From Octopus bimaculoides (taxonomy: Eukaryota), in contig NC_068988.1 of assembly GCF_001194135.2 (NCBI RefSeq), positions 27,362,748 to 27,426,747 on the forward strand: a DNA stretch of 64,000 nt, written 5' to 3'. Position numbers and translations under genes: made by a program. The notes below the pieces were generated by a model. The model saw nothing but the letters and a program-made list of their open reading frames with translations. It had not been told where the DNA came from and did no database searches. Shown here in pieces: positions 12,325-26,456 of the stretch (within the stretch, counting starts at the first letter, position 1; each line of letters opens with the position of its first letter).

Positions 12325-12487
12325 TGGTTGTGTGGTAAAAAGTTTGCCTCCCAACCACATGGCTCTGGTTCAGTCCCACTGTATGGCACCTTGGGCAAGT
12401 GTCTTCTACTGCAACCTCGGGCCAACCAAAGCCTTATGAGTGGATTTGGTGGTAGACAGAAAATGAAAAAAGCCTATCTGTCTGTCC

Positions 12488-12523
<36 letters not shown>

Positions 12524-13410
12524 NNNNNNNNNNNNNNNNNNNNNNNNNNNNNNNNNNNNNNNNNNNNNNNNNNNNNNNNNNNNNNNNNNNNNNNNNNNNN
12601 NNNNNNNNNNNNNNNNNNNNNNNNNNNNNNNNNNNNNNNNNNNNNNNNNNNNNNNNNNNNNNNNNNNNNNNNNNNNNNATATATATATATATATATACAT
12701 AGGCAAAAGAGTGGCTGTGTGGTAAGTAGCTTGCTTACCAACCACATGGTTCCGGGTTCAGCCCCACTACTTGGCACCTTGGGCAAGTGTTTTCTACTAT
12801 AGCCTCGGGCCGACCAAAGCCTTGTGAGTGGATTTAGTAGACAGAAACTGAAAGAAGCCCGTCGTATATATATACATATGTATATGTTTGTGTGTCTGTG
12901 TTTGTCCCTTGCTAATGCTTGACAACCAATGTTGGTGTGTTTACATCCTTATAACGTAGTGGTTTAGTAACAAAAAAAAAGAAGAAATAGCAGAATAAGC
13001 CCTAGGCTTAAAAATAAGGTTGATCCAGCATGGCCATAGTTTAATGGATGAAAGTAGAAGATAAGAGATAAAAGGTTTTCCTTTTTTTGTTTGCAAAGAC
13101 TCGGGTATGGCTGTGTAGTCAAGAAGCTTGCTTTACACCCATGTGATTTCAAGTTCAGTCTCACTGTGCAGCACCTTGAGCAGGTGTCTTTTATTATAAT
13201 TCTGGCTAACAAATACCTTGTAAGTGAAATTGGTAGATGAAAACAGTGTGGAAGCCCATCGTATGTGTCTTTGTACTAGTGTTTGACCCCACACTACTTG
13301 ATGAATAGCGTTTATTTACATCCCTGTGACCAAGCAGTTTGACAAAAAAGACCAATAGAATAAGTACCAGATTTTTTAAAAATAAGTATTGGGGTTGATT
13401 TCTTCGGACC
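12325..13410 (+). mobile_element. Three tandem family A tRNA-derived SINEs
   Basis: Copies at about 12325-12480, 12710-13020 (best preserved) and 13105-13410. Features: gagtggctgtgtggtaag A-box, ggttcagcccc B-box, ccttgggcaagtg core. Other family A copies at about 7940-8060 (-), 14530-14900 (-), 15290-15680 (+), 16765-16915 (+) and 18540-18640 (-). Confidence 0.85.
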
Positions 13411-13575
13411 CAGGAAGCCGTGGGGAGAAAGGATCTTTGGATGCTGGGCCACACTGAGGAAATGACAAGGGACCAGGAGGTGTGGTAATTTGTTGTACTT
13501 GATCAGACGCATCAATCTAAGTAAAATCGCTGTCTTCCACACATACAGGCTGCCCTTTATCAACACAGAGTAGCT
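13405..13575 (+). mobile_element. RTE LINE ORF2 C-terminal fragment
   Basis: Translates as LRTQEAVGRKDLWMLGHTEEMTRDQEVW*, homologous to the LGLTEAMT segment at 2940. Confidence 0.6.
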
Positions 13576-14041
13576 GCTTGGCTAGGTGGTGCTGCTGAAT
13601 TCCTGTTTGAAAATATATAGTTTTCAAAGTGACACACAGTTACTGATCTAATAAATAGTAACAGTTCTTTAAAGTAAAGACTATTTGCCAACATAATGTG
13701 GCTGTCCTGGAGGGAACGATTGTTACTGTTGTTTAACTCTAGGAAACATCGCTTCCAGCTGGCTAAAACAGCACAATATCTGTGTCCTTATATTTTTGAA
13801 AATATATATATTAAGAAATTTTCAAAAATTAACAAATTTTAATCAATTTTCAAGATGCTACTGTTAATATCACTGAAAACAAAATTTTGAAATTCACCAA
13901 CATATTTTACATTCTATAAAAATATCTTCCAATATTTTCTGGTTTTGTGGTTTTTTTAATGTATTTCTATATTTCTTTCTTCAGTGAAATCTATTTTTGT
14001 TAAAGGATGATTAAATGAACTGCATACATTCATACATACTG

Positions 14042-14072
<31 letters not shown>

Positions 14073-16220
14073 CATGTGCATATATATATATATATATATA
14101 TATGCATATATGTGTGTGTGTATATCTAAACATTCCTATTTCAATACATTGTTAGAAAGAAAGTCACAGCTGGCCAAATCCAAGTCAATAGCAGATTGGA
14201 TAAAATACTCATTGAAAAGTCAATGATTCGCATCACATTGTGGACACTGCTGTGTCTCCGGCAAAAATACTCAGCCAGCCTGGCTCCAATTAGTCACCAG
14301 GTTGAAATGCAGGCTAATTCATCATTGTAATCAGCAGGAAATGAATAGTCACCAGTTAGAATTGATGAATGATTTCAACTTGCAAAGGAGTGAGATTGTA
14401 ATCTCTGATGGCTAAAAACTTGCAGAAAACCCGGCATCATAAATGAATGTTTCTCACTTAACTGTGATTTTTTGATCACACTGCCACACCTAAAATCGAT
14501 ATTTTTTTATCTTTTACTTGATTCATTCATTGAACTATGGCCATCCTGGAGCACTGCCTTGTAAAGTTTAGTTGCATGAACCAAACTCAGTACTTAGGTA
14601 TTTTTTTTTAAAGTCTCGTACTTATTCTATCAACCCCTCTTACTGAACAGCTAAACAGTCGAGTGTAAACAAACCAACACTGTTTGGGCTATCAAGCAGT
14701 AGAGGAGGTGACAAACACACACTCTCTCTCTCTAACACACACAGCAAGCTTCCACTCAATTTCTGTTTACTAAATTCACTCACAAGGCATTGGTCAGCCC
14801 AGGGCTAAAGTAGATGACACTTGCCCAAGGTGCCATGCACTGGGATTGAACCCAAAACTATGTGGATACAAAGTGAGCTTCTTAACCACACACCCATGCC
14901 TGTAACTAAGGAGAATAAAAGGAAAAGAGATTCATATTTTCTTACTACAATTAGCAACCTTCCTTTCAATTTAATATAACAAACATCCCCAAGGGCAGCA
15001 AGCCATCAGAATCCTTAGCGTGCCAGGCAAACTGCATAGCAGCATTTCATCTGTCTTTACATTCTGAATTCAAATCCTGCCAGGGTTAACGTTGCCTGCC
15101 ATTATTTTGGGGTTGATAAAATAAGTATCATTTGAACACTGGAGTCGATGTAATCAACTTAATCCCTTTCCTGAAATTGCTGACATTGTGCCAAAATCCG
15201 AAACCAATATTACAGATATTTCTATCTACATTTATTTCACATTGTTTCAGCCTTACTCATGAATTTTATATAATACATATATATAAGTGCAGGAGTGGCT
15301 GTGTGGTAAGAAGCTTGCTTCCCAACTACATGGTTCCAAATTCAGTCCCAGAGTATGGCACCTTGGGCAAGTGTCTTTTATTATAGCCTTGGGCCAACCA
15401 AAGCCCTGTGAGCGGATTTGGTAGACAGAAACTGAAAGAAGCCTGTCATATGTGTATGTAGGTATTTGTATGTCTGTGTTTGTCCCACCACCATTGCTTG
15501 ACAACTGATGCTGGTGCATTTACATCCCCCATAACTTAACGGTTCAATAAAACAGACTGATAGAGTAAGTAGCAGGTTTTACAAAAATATAATAAGTGCT
15601 GGGGTCGATTCGTTCAACTAAATATTCTTCAAGGTAGTGCCCCAGCATGGCCATAGCCTAATGACTGGAACAAGTAAAAAAAATATACCTACAATATCAA
15701 TTCAAGACTATTATTCGTTACATTGTGAATATTGAACTAAATTACAATTTCAGGCTTTTAACCTCTTATAAATTACATCCTACAAAGTCATGTTTGTCCT
15801 TAAAAACAGGTCAGTTGAATATCAAAAAATCTCCAACAGCTCAGGATACAGTAGTGTGACACCTCACCTAATATAAACAAACACACACTCAAGTCAATGT
15901 GTGACACTCCTGAAATAAGAACATACACTTGCTCAAATCAACAAAAGAACAACTATGCCGTCAATCTATCTGCTGTCATTTGTAACTCAGATCCTATCCT
16001 ACTGTTTGAAAGAAACAATAAACAATGAAGTCCGAGATACACAAAAAATGGTTAGAATACTTTTAAATGTAAGTTCACTCAACCATGGGCTAAACATACA
16101 CACTAGATTTATTACATTTGAATGCTTTTTATATTTCATGTAGTAATTGCTTATGAATACAAAATAGATATGTAGCAATAGTGACTAGATATAAATATAG
16201 TCACTATCAGTATGCATGTA

Positions 16221-16539
16221 TTAGGTCATACCATAAATAATGTGAGGTTTTTTCAATTGCATGAACTAAAAGTCAGAGGGGGTCAAGATAAACTACTGCA
16301 TCAACTTGTTATAAAAGAAAATAGTAATTTTACCTTGTACTTATTCTTAGTGCATGTTTTGAAGAGTGTAGTTCGATTTTAACAGTTATTTTTTCAAAGC
16401 TATAATGGAAGTGGCAAAGGAGCATATTCGGGATATTTTGCTTTATGAGTTCGATAAAGGCAACAACGCAACAGAAAGTGTGGGGAATATTAATGCAGTA
16501 TATGGGGATCAGGCAATAAGCGTTAGCCAGTGTCAACGG
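16221..16539 (+). mobile_element. Mariner transposon 5' end with N-terminal HTH of the transposase (truncated)
   Basis: TA followed by TIR-like ttaggtcataccataaataatg. ORF from 16405, MEVAKEHIRDILLYEFDKGNNATESVGNINAVYGDQAISVSQCQR, matches the Mos1-type HTH. Cut off by an inverted RTE tail at 16540. Confidence 0.85.
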
Positions 16540-16680
16540 TCATCATCATCATCGTTGTTTAACGTCCGTTTTCTATGTTGGCATGGGTTGGACGGTTTGA
16601 CTGGCAGGCCAGGAGTCAATTGGTTCCTCACAAACTTTCCGAGTCTAATCATATGCAGAGGGTGAATGTGTGCTCTTCTT
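16540..16680 (-). mobile_element. RTE 3' tail (family C)
   Basis: catcatcatcatcgttgtttaacgtccgttttctatgttggcatgggttgg. Confidence 0.8.
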
Positions 16681-17704
16681 TGCCGAAGACAGCAGATAGC
16701 AAAAGGAGAAACACAGGCACCCTAAGCTAAAGAAGGCCTTCACCCATGTAAGATGTATATAGGCAGTGTGGTAAGAAGTTTGCTTCCCAACTACATGGTC
16801 TTGTGTTCTGTCCCACTGTGTAGTACATTGGGCAAGTATCTTCTACCATAGTCCTTGGCTGATCAAAACCTTGTGAGTGTATTGGTTAATGGAAACTGGA
16901 AGAAGCCCATCATATATATATATATATATATTGTGAAGGTTTTTATTAAGCAGTGTCAATTTTTACAATTCTGTAGATAATAATAGAATTTTATAAACTT
17001 AAAAAAGAAAGAAAAATACTGTGAGATGTTTGAAAATGAGTGAGAACAATAAATTCAAAACAAGCCAAAAAAGGAAGTTTATGATTGGCTTTAAGTGGTT
17101 GATGGAAGCTAGTTATACTTAATAAAGAAACGAAAATTTGCGAAAACAAAGTCAAGAGAAATGGGAAGTTAAAGAAATTGTTTCCTCTGTTAAACAAAGA
17201 TTTTCTTTATACAAAAGGCATGTGTATCAAGTAGGATTGGTGTTGTTTTGCACAGTGTTCTGATTAAGGCAGAATTGTTACCATGTTGGACACAAAATAC
17301 TTAGCAGTATTTCTTCCAGCTATTTATGATCTGAGTTCTAATTCCACCAAGGTCAACTATGCCTTTCATCCCTTCAGAGTTGTTGAAATAAAATTCCAAA
17401 CACAGTTCGATGTGATTGACCAGTGTCCGCCTCTTGACATTGCTTACCTTAAACTCAGCATTCTGTTCAGTGGGTAATGCTGTGATCTCAGTCATTTATA
17501 TGTCCAGAGAATATTAAAAATGTTCTGATTGAACAAATCTATGGTCAAAGGTCACACAGCCATGACCACCTCATCTACATCAGATTACATTATCCAATGT
17601 AACTTTTCTTGTGAATTGAAAAGTTATTTCTTGCAGGCTGAGACCACAAAAGGCTCCCTTCATTGTGATACATAGAATATTATATTATATTACATGTGTA
17701 ATTG

Positions 17705-18330
17705 CTGCCAGTGCCGTGTAAATGGCACCCACCCATGAATCGTAGTCATGGTTATTGCTGGTGGCACATAAAAGCACCCATTACACTCTTGGAGAGTGGT
17801 TGGCATTAGGAAGGGCATCCAGCTGTAGAAACCATGCCAAATCAGACTGGAACCTGGTGCAGCTCTCTGGTCTATCAGCTCCAGTCAAACCAGCTAACCC
17901 ATGCCAGCATAGAAAGCAGACGTTAAATGATGATGATGATGAATAATGAATGCAAAGAAACAACTTTGCACACAGCTACATAATTGCAGGTGGGCTCCCT
18001 TGTAGAATAGTAAGACAAACAAGAGTTTCTCTCTCCATGCAAATAACAAAGTAGATGAGGTATGTTTAAAAGGTATGATCGAAGTCACGAGAAGGTTATA
18101 AAAGATTTGTGTTGGCCAGAGCTGGCAAGCTGCACCAGGTTCCAGTCTGATTTGATTTGGTTTCATGGCTGGATGCCCTTTACCATTAATAAGCCATCAT
18201 GGGTCATTCATTCACATTTTTTAACTCATTGTTTCTCAGGAATGGTAAGCTGAGGGTCTGCACCAGACTCCAGTCTGATTTAGCATGGTTTCTACTGCTG
18301 GATGCCCTTACTAACGTCAACCACTTCAAA
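17705..18330. mobile_element. Family C copy (+, 17705-17942) and inverted family C fragments (-, 18110-18330)
   Basis: Family C core and tail present in both orientations. Confidence 0.75.
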
Positions 18331-18689
18331 AGTATATATATATATAAATATATATAATAGAATAAGTTTTTATGATATATTTATTTTCTGGAGGGAAAGA
18401 ATTAAATTCTTCTTTATTGAATTATTTAATAGTGGTTTTTCTCTAAATTATATACACATATTTTATATTGGGAAACTTGATTTAGTATTGCTAAATTGAA
18501 TTTTTCCCTGTAAATTTTGGAATTTATTCCCTATTATATATATACACACACACACAATAGGCTTCCACACAGTTTATATCTACTAAATTCACTCACAAGG
18601 CATAGAAGATACTTGTCCAAATTGCCATGCCTACACCTAACAACCTATATAAACAACATGTCTGTGTGTGTGTGTCCTTCCCCACCAGA

Positions 18690-19030
18690 TATTTTCAAAA
18701 CCTCAGCAAATATCTTTCATGGAGCAGCTGACTTTACTGCTTTAATTGTGCTTTTCGTAAGATCATTGTCAAACTTCTATAGTTTGTTCTTCTACCAGGT
18801 CTTCTTGGGGGAAGAACTTATGCCTGTCTGTCTTGTACTCTCTTCCCTGAGTAACCTAAACAAGTAATATCCCCCTGCCTCTTTCTGTATGGCATCAGAG
18901 ATGTTGCTGGCAAATATCTTACTTTTCAGCTTCTATCTTTGCTATATATCACCTGACGGCTGGCTTGTTTTTCGGTTATCTGATATTGTTCCTTCTTCAA
19001 CTATTTACCAGGCCTGTCTTTTATAGCATT
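18690..19030 (-). mobile_element. RTE LINE ORF2 fossil (endonuclease-RT linker)
   Basis: Frameshifted minus-strand peptides KRQAW...EQYQI...RQV and IFAEVLKISGG match RTE ORF2 linker motifs. Confidence 0.6.
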
Positions 19031-19212
19031 ATTATCTACCATACCATTCCTCCAAAGGCTTTTTAACCAAATATTTACACAATTTATTTATAGCTTCGTC
19101 TATTTCAAGTCCCACCATTAAAAACAATTTATATTTACATATAGATATCTGTATATTATACACATACATGTACATATTGAATATACACGTATGCATATAT
19201 GATATACATATG

Positions 19213-19250
19213 TATTGGGTTGGCAAGAAAGTAATTTTGTTCTTTTAGGG
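19213..19250 (+). mobile_element. Isolated mariner-type TIR
   Basis: TA-ttgggttggcaagaaagtaatt resembles mariner TIRs (TATTGGGTTGGC..AAGTAATT). No partner TIR found. Confidence 0.45.
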
Positions 19251-20098
19251 TTAGTCTAAAGACTTTAAAGAAAGCCTTGGGTTTGTTTTCATATTTTCTT
19301 TGGACCTGGATTCTTTTTCATCCAAAAGGATGAAAAGCAAAATAGACTTTGGCAGAATTTGAACTCAGAATATAAAGACAGGCGAAATTCTGCTAAGCAT
19401 TTAACCTGGCGTGCTAATGTTTCCTATTTCTTTATTGCCCACAAGGGGCTAAACAAAGAGGGGACAAACAAGGACAGACAAAGGAATTAAGTTGATTACA
19501 TCAACCCCAGTGTGTAACTGGTACTTAATTTATCGACCCCGAAAGGATGAAAGGCAAAGTCAACCTCAGTGGAATTTGAACTCAGAACATAATGGCAGAC
19601 AAAATACCGCTAAGCATTTCGCCTGGCATGCTAACGTTTCTGCCAGCTCGTCACCTTCCAGAGCTTGCATTATTGACATATTTAAGTTTCATGTCATTGT
19701 TATGTGTAGATAAATGTTTAGAGCCATTCTGTTTTAAGGATCTTTTACTATAACGATTTTCAGTTTGCTTTATGAAAGTTTAAACTGGAAACACACTGGA
19801 TGCTTCTTATAGGATACGTGTCTACAAATTTTTTTAGAATCATATATTTTCAGATCCACTGTATTGTAATCTGTGAAAATTGTTGGTATCTTTTTCTCAT
19901 TAGGGACCAGTTCCATATTACTTACAGGGCAGAAATTTAGAAAATTGTTACTTTTGGTTGGATGGAGTATTATTTGCTCCTTAAACAGCTTGTTAGAACA
20001 GTATTCATTTGGTGGTATTCTTGAGAGAATGTGGCACATGAGCCAACAGACTTTGGGCAATTTCAAGTTTCTCATACATAAGAGAGAGAGAGAGAGTA

Positions 20099-20152
<54 letters not shown>

Positions 20153-20162
20153 CACACATACA

Positions 20163-20700
20163 AAGGTGCATGGCTCAGTGGTTAGAGCGTCAACCTCACG
20201 ATTGTGAGTTTGAATCCTAGACCAGGCTGCGTGTTGTGTTCTTGAGCTAGACACTTTATTTCACGTTGCTTCAGTTCACTCAGCTGTGGAAATGAGTTGC
20301 AACATCACTGGTGCCAAGCTGTATCGGCCCCTTTGCCTTTCCCTTGGATAACACTGGTGGTGTGGAGAGGGGAGGCCGGTATGCATGGGTGACTGCTGGT
20401 CTTTTTATTTTTTTTTAAACAACCTTGCCTGAACTTATGCCTGGGAGGGTAACTTTCTAGGTGCAATCCCATGGTCAGTCATGACCGAAGGGGGTCTCAA
20501 CACAAGGGCACATGGCCTAGTGGTTAGGGTGTTGTACATATCATTGCAAGATTGAGGTTTTGATCCCTAGACCAGGTGGTGCGTTGTGTTCTTGAGCAAA
20601 ATGCATCATCCAATGTTGCTCTGTGATCACTTCAACACCTGTTCAGATGTTGATTTGATGGAGAGGGTGAGATAATGTGCGGGATAAACATTTCATTACT
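20163..20700 (+). mobile_element. Two tandem family E tRNA-derived SINEs
   Basis: ggtgcatggctcagtggttagagcg A-box and gtttgaatcc B-box; second head at about 20505. Reverse copies at about 21895-22050 and 37860-38080. Confidence 0.8.
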
Positions 20701-20799
20701 AGATAATAAGCATTTGTGCAAGTTGTTCAGCAAGCTAAAAGCTCATACATCACCTTGTGTGAGAGTAAATATATAATTATGCATAAATTTTTAACCGCC

Positions 20800-21135
20800 A
20801 GACTGGCCCTCATGCCACTGGCACGTAAAAGCACCCACTAAACTCTCAAAGTGGTTGGCGTTAGGAAGGGCATCCAGCTGTAGAAACTCTGCCAGATCAG
20901 ATTGGAGCCTGGTGCAGCCATCTGGTTTGCCAGTCCTCAGTCAAATCGTCCAACCCGTGCTAGCATGGAAAGCGGACGTTAAACGATGATGATCGTTCAA
21001 CATCCATCTTTCATGCTGGCAGTGACCAAGTGGTTTGACAGGATCCAATTTGGACAAAAATTGCATTGTGCTCTAATGTCTGCATGGGCATGCTTTCTAC
21101 AGCTGGATGCTCTTCCTAAAAATAATCCATTTATG
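20800..21135. mobile_element. Tail-to-tail pair of family C RTE-tail elements
   Basis: Young + copy ends ggacgttaaacgatgat at about 20990 and is immediately followed by a reverse-complement tail atcgttcaacatcc. Confidence 0.8.
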
Positions 21136-21834
21136 TGTGTGTACTAGGGGCAGCACTAGTGAGGTCACCATGCAGCTTGGAAGGTCCCCTTTAAGTAGAG
21201 CTACAGTAGTGAGGAAACTGGCTTTATGCTAGGGGATGAAAGGACACAACAGAACAAGTTTCTTGCTGTAGGGAAGGTATGCAGCTACTCACATTATACA
21301 AGACAGGATTAGAGTGGTCAGGGTGGAACCAGAAAGAGGTAAAAACATTGATTTGTCAGGGTAGATCAAGATACAAGATGAGTAGGAGGGAGTGGGCAGA
21401 GGTTACAAGAGTTTAGGGGGAGAGATAGAGATAGTGAAAAGTATGAGCAAGTGTCAAACGTTAAGTAGTAAAGAGTAGGTGACAACTGTAGAAACTGAGT
21501 AGAGTTGCTGTACTTGATAAGACATGTCAAGCTAAATGAAAAATCAGTTTTCCATACATACAGGTTTGTCCTTTAAGGTACCGGTGCCAGTTGCACATAA
21601 AAAGAAGACAACACACTAAGTGGTTGGCATTAGAAAGGGCATCCTGTTATATCCTTGTTAATCCTCTCATAGACAATCTTTTTGCTACAAGTCCTGCTTC
21701 ACAAACTTCTTTTAAGCCTATTTCAAAATATTCTTTGCATTGGTGTCTCTTCATATGCAAAGTGAACTCAATAACCAGTCTACAAGAGACTGATAATGAG
21801 TTTTGGGCCAATTTCCTGGTTTTACTGGTGTGTG

Positions 21835-21866
<32 letters not shown>

Positions 21867-22269
21867 CACACCTCCTTGGACAGGAAAGCAGTCCATCAGG
21901 GAATTACTCATTTTTACCAGTGGAATGGACTGGAGCAATGTGAAAAGAAGTGTTTTGCTTAAGAACACAATGCATTGCCCAGTTCCAGGAATTGAAACCG
22001 CATACTTACTCTAAGTCCAACACTTTAACCACTAAGCTATGCACTTCTACTTAGCCTTTCTTTAATGACCACATATTTTCAACAGATTTCTTATATTTTG
22101 CCACAACTTCTAACTCTAGATCCCAGTAATTATTCCACAACATACCTTTGATTGCTTTTGTTTACTATTCTTTCTTTATACCTACATTCTAAGTAAATTC
22201 TTTTACTGGAGTTCATACTATTTTAATTTTTAATTTATACTTTCAACTAATTTCCTATGGGGAAGCAAT

Positions 22270-22692
22270 ATAGCATATAGCTGGATCCATGTAAAAAGCA
22301 CCCAGTACTTTCAATAAAGTGGTTGATGTTAGGAAGGGCATCCAGCTGTAGAAACAATGCCTAACAGATGATGAACTAGTGCAGCCCTCCAGTTTACCAG
22401 CTCCTGTCAAACTGTCTAACCCATGCCAGCATGGAAAACAGAGAAATAATGATGTTAATCTTATATTCCAACTCAACTATTTAACATTATTTTCATAATT
22501 ATAAACCAGCCTTGCTGGTGGCATGTAAAACACCCACTACACTCTGAGTGGTTGGCGTTAGGAAGGGCATCCAGCTGTAGAAACTCTGGCAAATCAGATT
22601 GGAGCATGGTGTCGCCTCCTGGTCCACAATCAAATCGTCCAACCCATGCTAGCATGGAAAGCGGACGTTAAATGACGATGATGATGATGATG
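22270..22692 (+). mobile_element. Two tandem family C elements
   Basis: Copies at about 22270-22460 (older) and 22510-22692 (young, near-identical to the copies at 20800 and 40855). Confidence 0.8.
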
Positions 22693-25600
22693 AAGCTCTC
22701 TAGTATACAGTTGAAAACTATGTTTGGCCCAGCATCTTTCAAAGGATTCTACTTGAATAGTAAAAGCCGAGAGATTATCTCCAGGAAAGCAAATTCCTCC
22801 TCCGCCTTCCAGAATATTAGCAGGCTGTTTAGTAACATTTATCAACACAAATAAACAATGAAANNNNNNNNNNNNNNNNNNNNNNNNNNNNNNNNNNNNN
22901 NNNNNNNNNNNNNNNNNNNNNNNNNNNNNNNNNNNNNNNNNNNNNNNNNNNNNNNNNNNNNNNNNNNNNNNNNNNNNNNNNNNNNNNNNNNNNNNNNNNN
23001 NNNNNNNNNNNNNNNNNNNNNNNNNNNNNNNNNNNNNNNNNNNNNNNNNNNNNNNNNNNNNNNNNNNNNNNNNNNNNNNNNNNNNNNNNNNNNNNNNNNN
23101 NNNNNNNNNNNNNNNNNNNNNNNNNNNNNNNNNNNNNNNNNNNNNNNNNNNNNNNNNNNNNNNNNNNNNNNNNNNNNNNNNNNNNNNNNNNNNNNNNNNN
23201 NNNNNNNNNNNNNNNNNNNNNNNNNNNNNNNNNNNNNNNNNNNNNNNNNNNNNNNNNNNNNNNNNNNNNNNNNNNNNNNNNNNNNNNNNNNNNNNNNNNN
23301 NNNNNNNNNNNNNNNNNNNNNNNNNNNNNNNNNNNNNNNNNNNNNNNNNNNNNNNNNNNNNNNNNNNNNNNNNNNNNNNNNNNNNNNNNNNNNNNNNNNN
23401 NNNNNNNNNNNNNNNNNNNNNNNNNNNNNNNNNNNNNNNNNNNNNNNNNNNNNNNNNNNNNNNNNNNNNNNNNNNNNNNNNNNGGGAAAGGGAATTTTTT
23501 TTTTAATATTTTTTCCGGAGTTTTCTCTAAAAAAACAATGGGTTTGTAAAAAATAAAAATTTACAATAAACATTTTTATCAAAAAATTACAGTTATTCAC
23601 ATATTGCACAGCATCAAAGAAGTCTTTATCCTTGTTCAATGCTTAAGAATTTTCTGTAAAATTTAAAAAAAAAAAAAAAAATTTAAAAGAAAGGACTGTC
23701 AAGTCTCAGACATTTTTGGTCAGATATGCAAATTTGATCAGGAGCTGTGATTAAAATACCAGAAGGGGACAGGAAAGGGTGTGGGGGGAGGCGTGAAGAA
23801 AACTGCCAAATGAACAGGTATGACATGAACAAATATCAATCATACAATACCAACAATATTAATATACCAACAACATATCCATTAGTTTCAGCAACGTTTA
23901 TATTCTTGGCATGGCCATTGCAATAACACAATGAGACATGCCAAGAGAACACTAAGGCCTAAGGAAAGCACTCCAAGTCAATCACCAGTTAGCAACATTT
24001 AAACTATCACACAATATTAGCAGACAGCTTCTGCAAGCCCACTATTTAGAATCCCAATATTGCTGGAAATAATCTCAAGTGAAATTAACTTGTTTCCCAT
24101 TATTTCAAAATCATGAGTATTTCAATTTTGCATCTATAAGAATTCTTAGAATAAGAATCAAATTATTTATCATATAAGGAATACTTAGAAGTATTATTTA
24201 CCAACAGAGAAGACTTGGTATTAAAAATTGACAGAATCTTTTGCCCACAAATTCATGGTCATTATGTAGCGTTATTTTCACAAATATTTAACTTTCCAAA
24301 AGTTTAATAAAATAAATGTTTACCAATGAAGTTAATTATCAAAATATTTCATTTGCATAAATGGGAAAATATTACAAACTATCAACTGGTCAAGTACATA
24401 TATTAGCAAATAGATGGACAAAACATAAAAAGAGAAAAAATATGCATGGTGAACCAAGCAAACATTTACTTCTCTTTACTTGTCCATGTCTACAGTTTGA
24501 ATATGTAAAATAAAATAAAATTAAAATATGTGAAGATAAACAAAATATTAAAAATGATTTCTTTCCAAATAATAATAATAGAAAAAAAAAAAAAAACAAT
24601 TTGAGAATATATAATTTAAGCAATTAGATTGTCTACCTTGTTAAATATTCCATTATAAATTTCAATTATGAATTCTGTCAATTTCAAATTTTCTTAGACC
24701 TTCAAGTAACTTAAAAGAGCTGGCACAATATAAATATAACAGTCCACAGGTATCGAATATACCACTTACAATTTCAGTACAATGTTGGAACAGACTAATA
24801 ATATAGAAATATATTCCCTAACAATGTGATTTATATAAAATATAATTTGAGATAGAGAGAAAAATAAAAGTGACCCCAAAATAAAAAAGCATCCTTGTGG
24901 ATATGTAGATATAATAATTATAATAATATTTAAGAGCAGATAGTAAAATTAGTGAAATCAAACTAGTCACATTAAATCAGTTAAATAAATTACCATGAAA
25001 ATGTTTACATTTTTGCACCCTAAACAGTTTAAAGAAAAGTTCTTATGTTGTTATATATGAAACCACATTCTTTGATTCAATATACATTAATTTACTATAG
25101 TGATTACAACAGGAATTCATAAAGAGAATCTGGATTTTAGAGGGAGAGGGGAAGAGATTTAGTTTTTATAAAATACTTATAAGAATGCTTTAAAGAAGGC
25201 AGAAAACAGGTCCTTAAATTGGTTAATAATAAAAAAATTAATGTAAATAAACCATGCCATTTTGAAATGTACCCTCCACAAACTTCAATTTAGACTTTAA
25301 ATTTCTAATCATAAATGTTTGTTTACGTAATCTTTAAAAAAAATACTAAGATACACTGAAAGAATTTTGAAAATAAATAAGCCCTGCACTTCCCCATAAC
25401 TATTGCCAGTAATATTTTGAGACATAGTGATTATTTCTAAATGACAGATAAAAATATCAGGATGAGATGCAATGTGCACAGAGATTAATTCCCGAAAGAC
25501 TGATAACCACCTTACTGTATATAATAAATAGAAAAGCTAAATTACCCCTAGTAGAATAAGTAATTCTAATTAGGTCAGAATGTTAAGACTTTCAATTTTA

Positions 25601-26456
25601 AAAATTGTTCTAAGTATCTATTTGAAGCAAGAAAAGAAAATCAAAATTGCATATACTGTACTAATTAGGATTTAGATTGTAGTAATTTCAAGCATTTTTA
25701 GGTATAAAAAAGAAAAAAAGAAAAAAAAAGAAAAAGAAAAAAGTTCTATGTTTCTAGCAAGAAAATACAAGTAAAGTATAGTTTAATACTATAAGGGATT
25801 TTAAACTGTGATAGTTTGAAGCATTTTTCAACTATGAAAAAAAAAAAAAAAAAAAATTTAAGTTCCGGAAAACAAATTCCAGATTCATCGAAGCACTCCT
25901 AAACATTATTACAAAAAAATAATGTTGTGTGAATCACAGTAAAGTCACAGATTAAAAAAAAAAAAAAAAAGATGAATTTATTATTGTGTAAGCCTATACC
26001 TGGGAATATATAGCTTGGTCTAAATTCATCAACTTCAAAATGGACAGTGAATAGAAAGGATTTCAAACCCAACATTTTTAAACAGCAAATACACAAATTG
26101 CTTATTTTACTCCAGATACACAAAACATACATTCATATGTACACAGTGCTCACTTTCTTTCTTTCACTTATGTAATTTATATATATGTGTGTGTGTGTGT
26201 GCGTACAATTATTATTAAAACGAGTCCAAGAGATTCTGTTTCATACACTGGATGTGTTTTCAAAACAAAATACCTTTTGCTGGACTCACTGTTTTAATAA
26301 AACATGTTCACACTAATTGATTAATACTTTGAGTATTTTATTCTATATGGTCTAACCATGTCCATGGTAACCCTAGGATATATATATATATATATATATT
26401 ACATATGTTATAGTTTAGGAGGGTCAGTAGACTCATTTTGCCTATAAAAACAAAAG

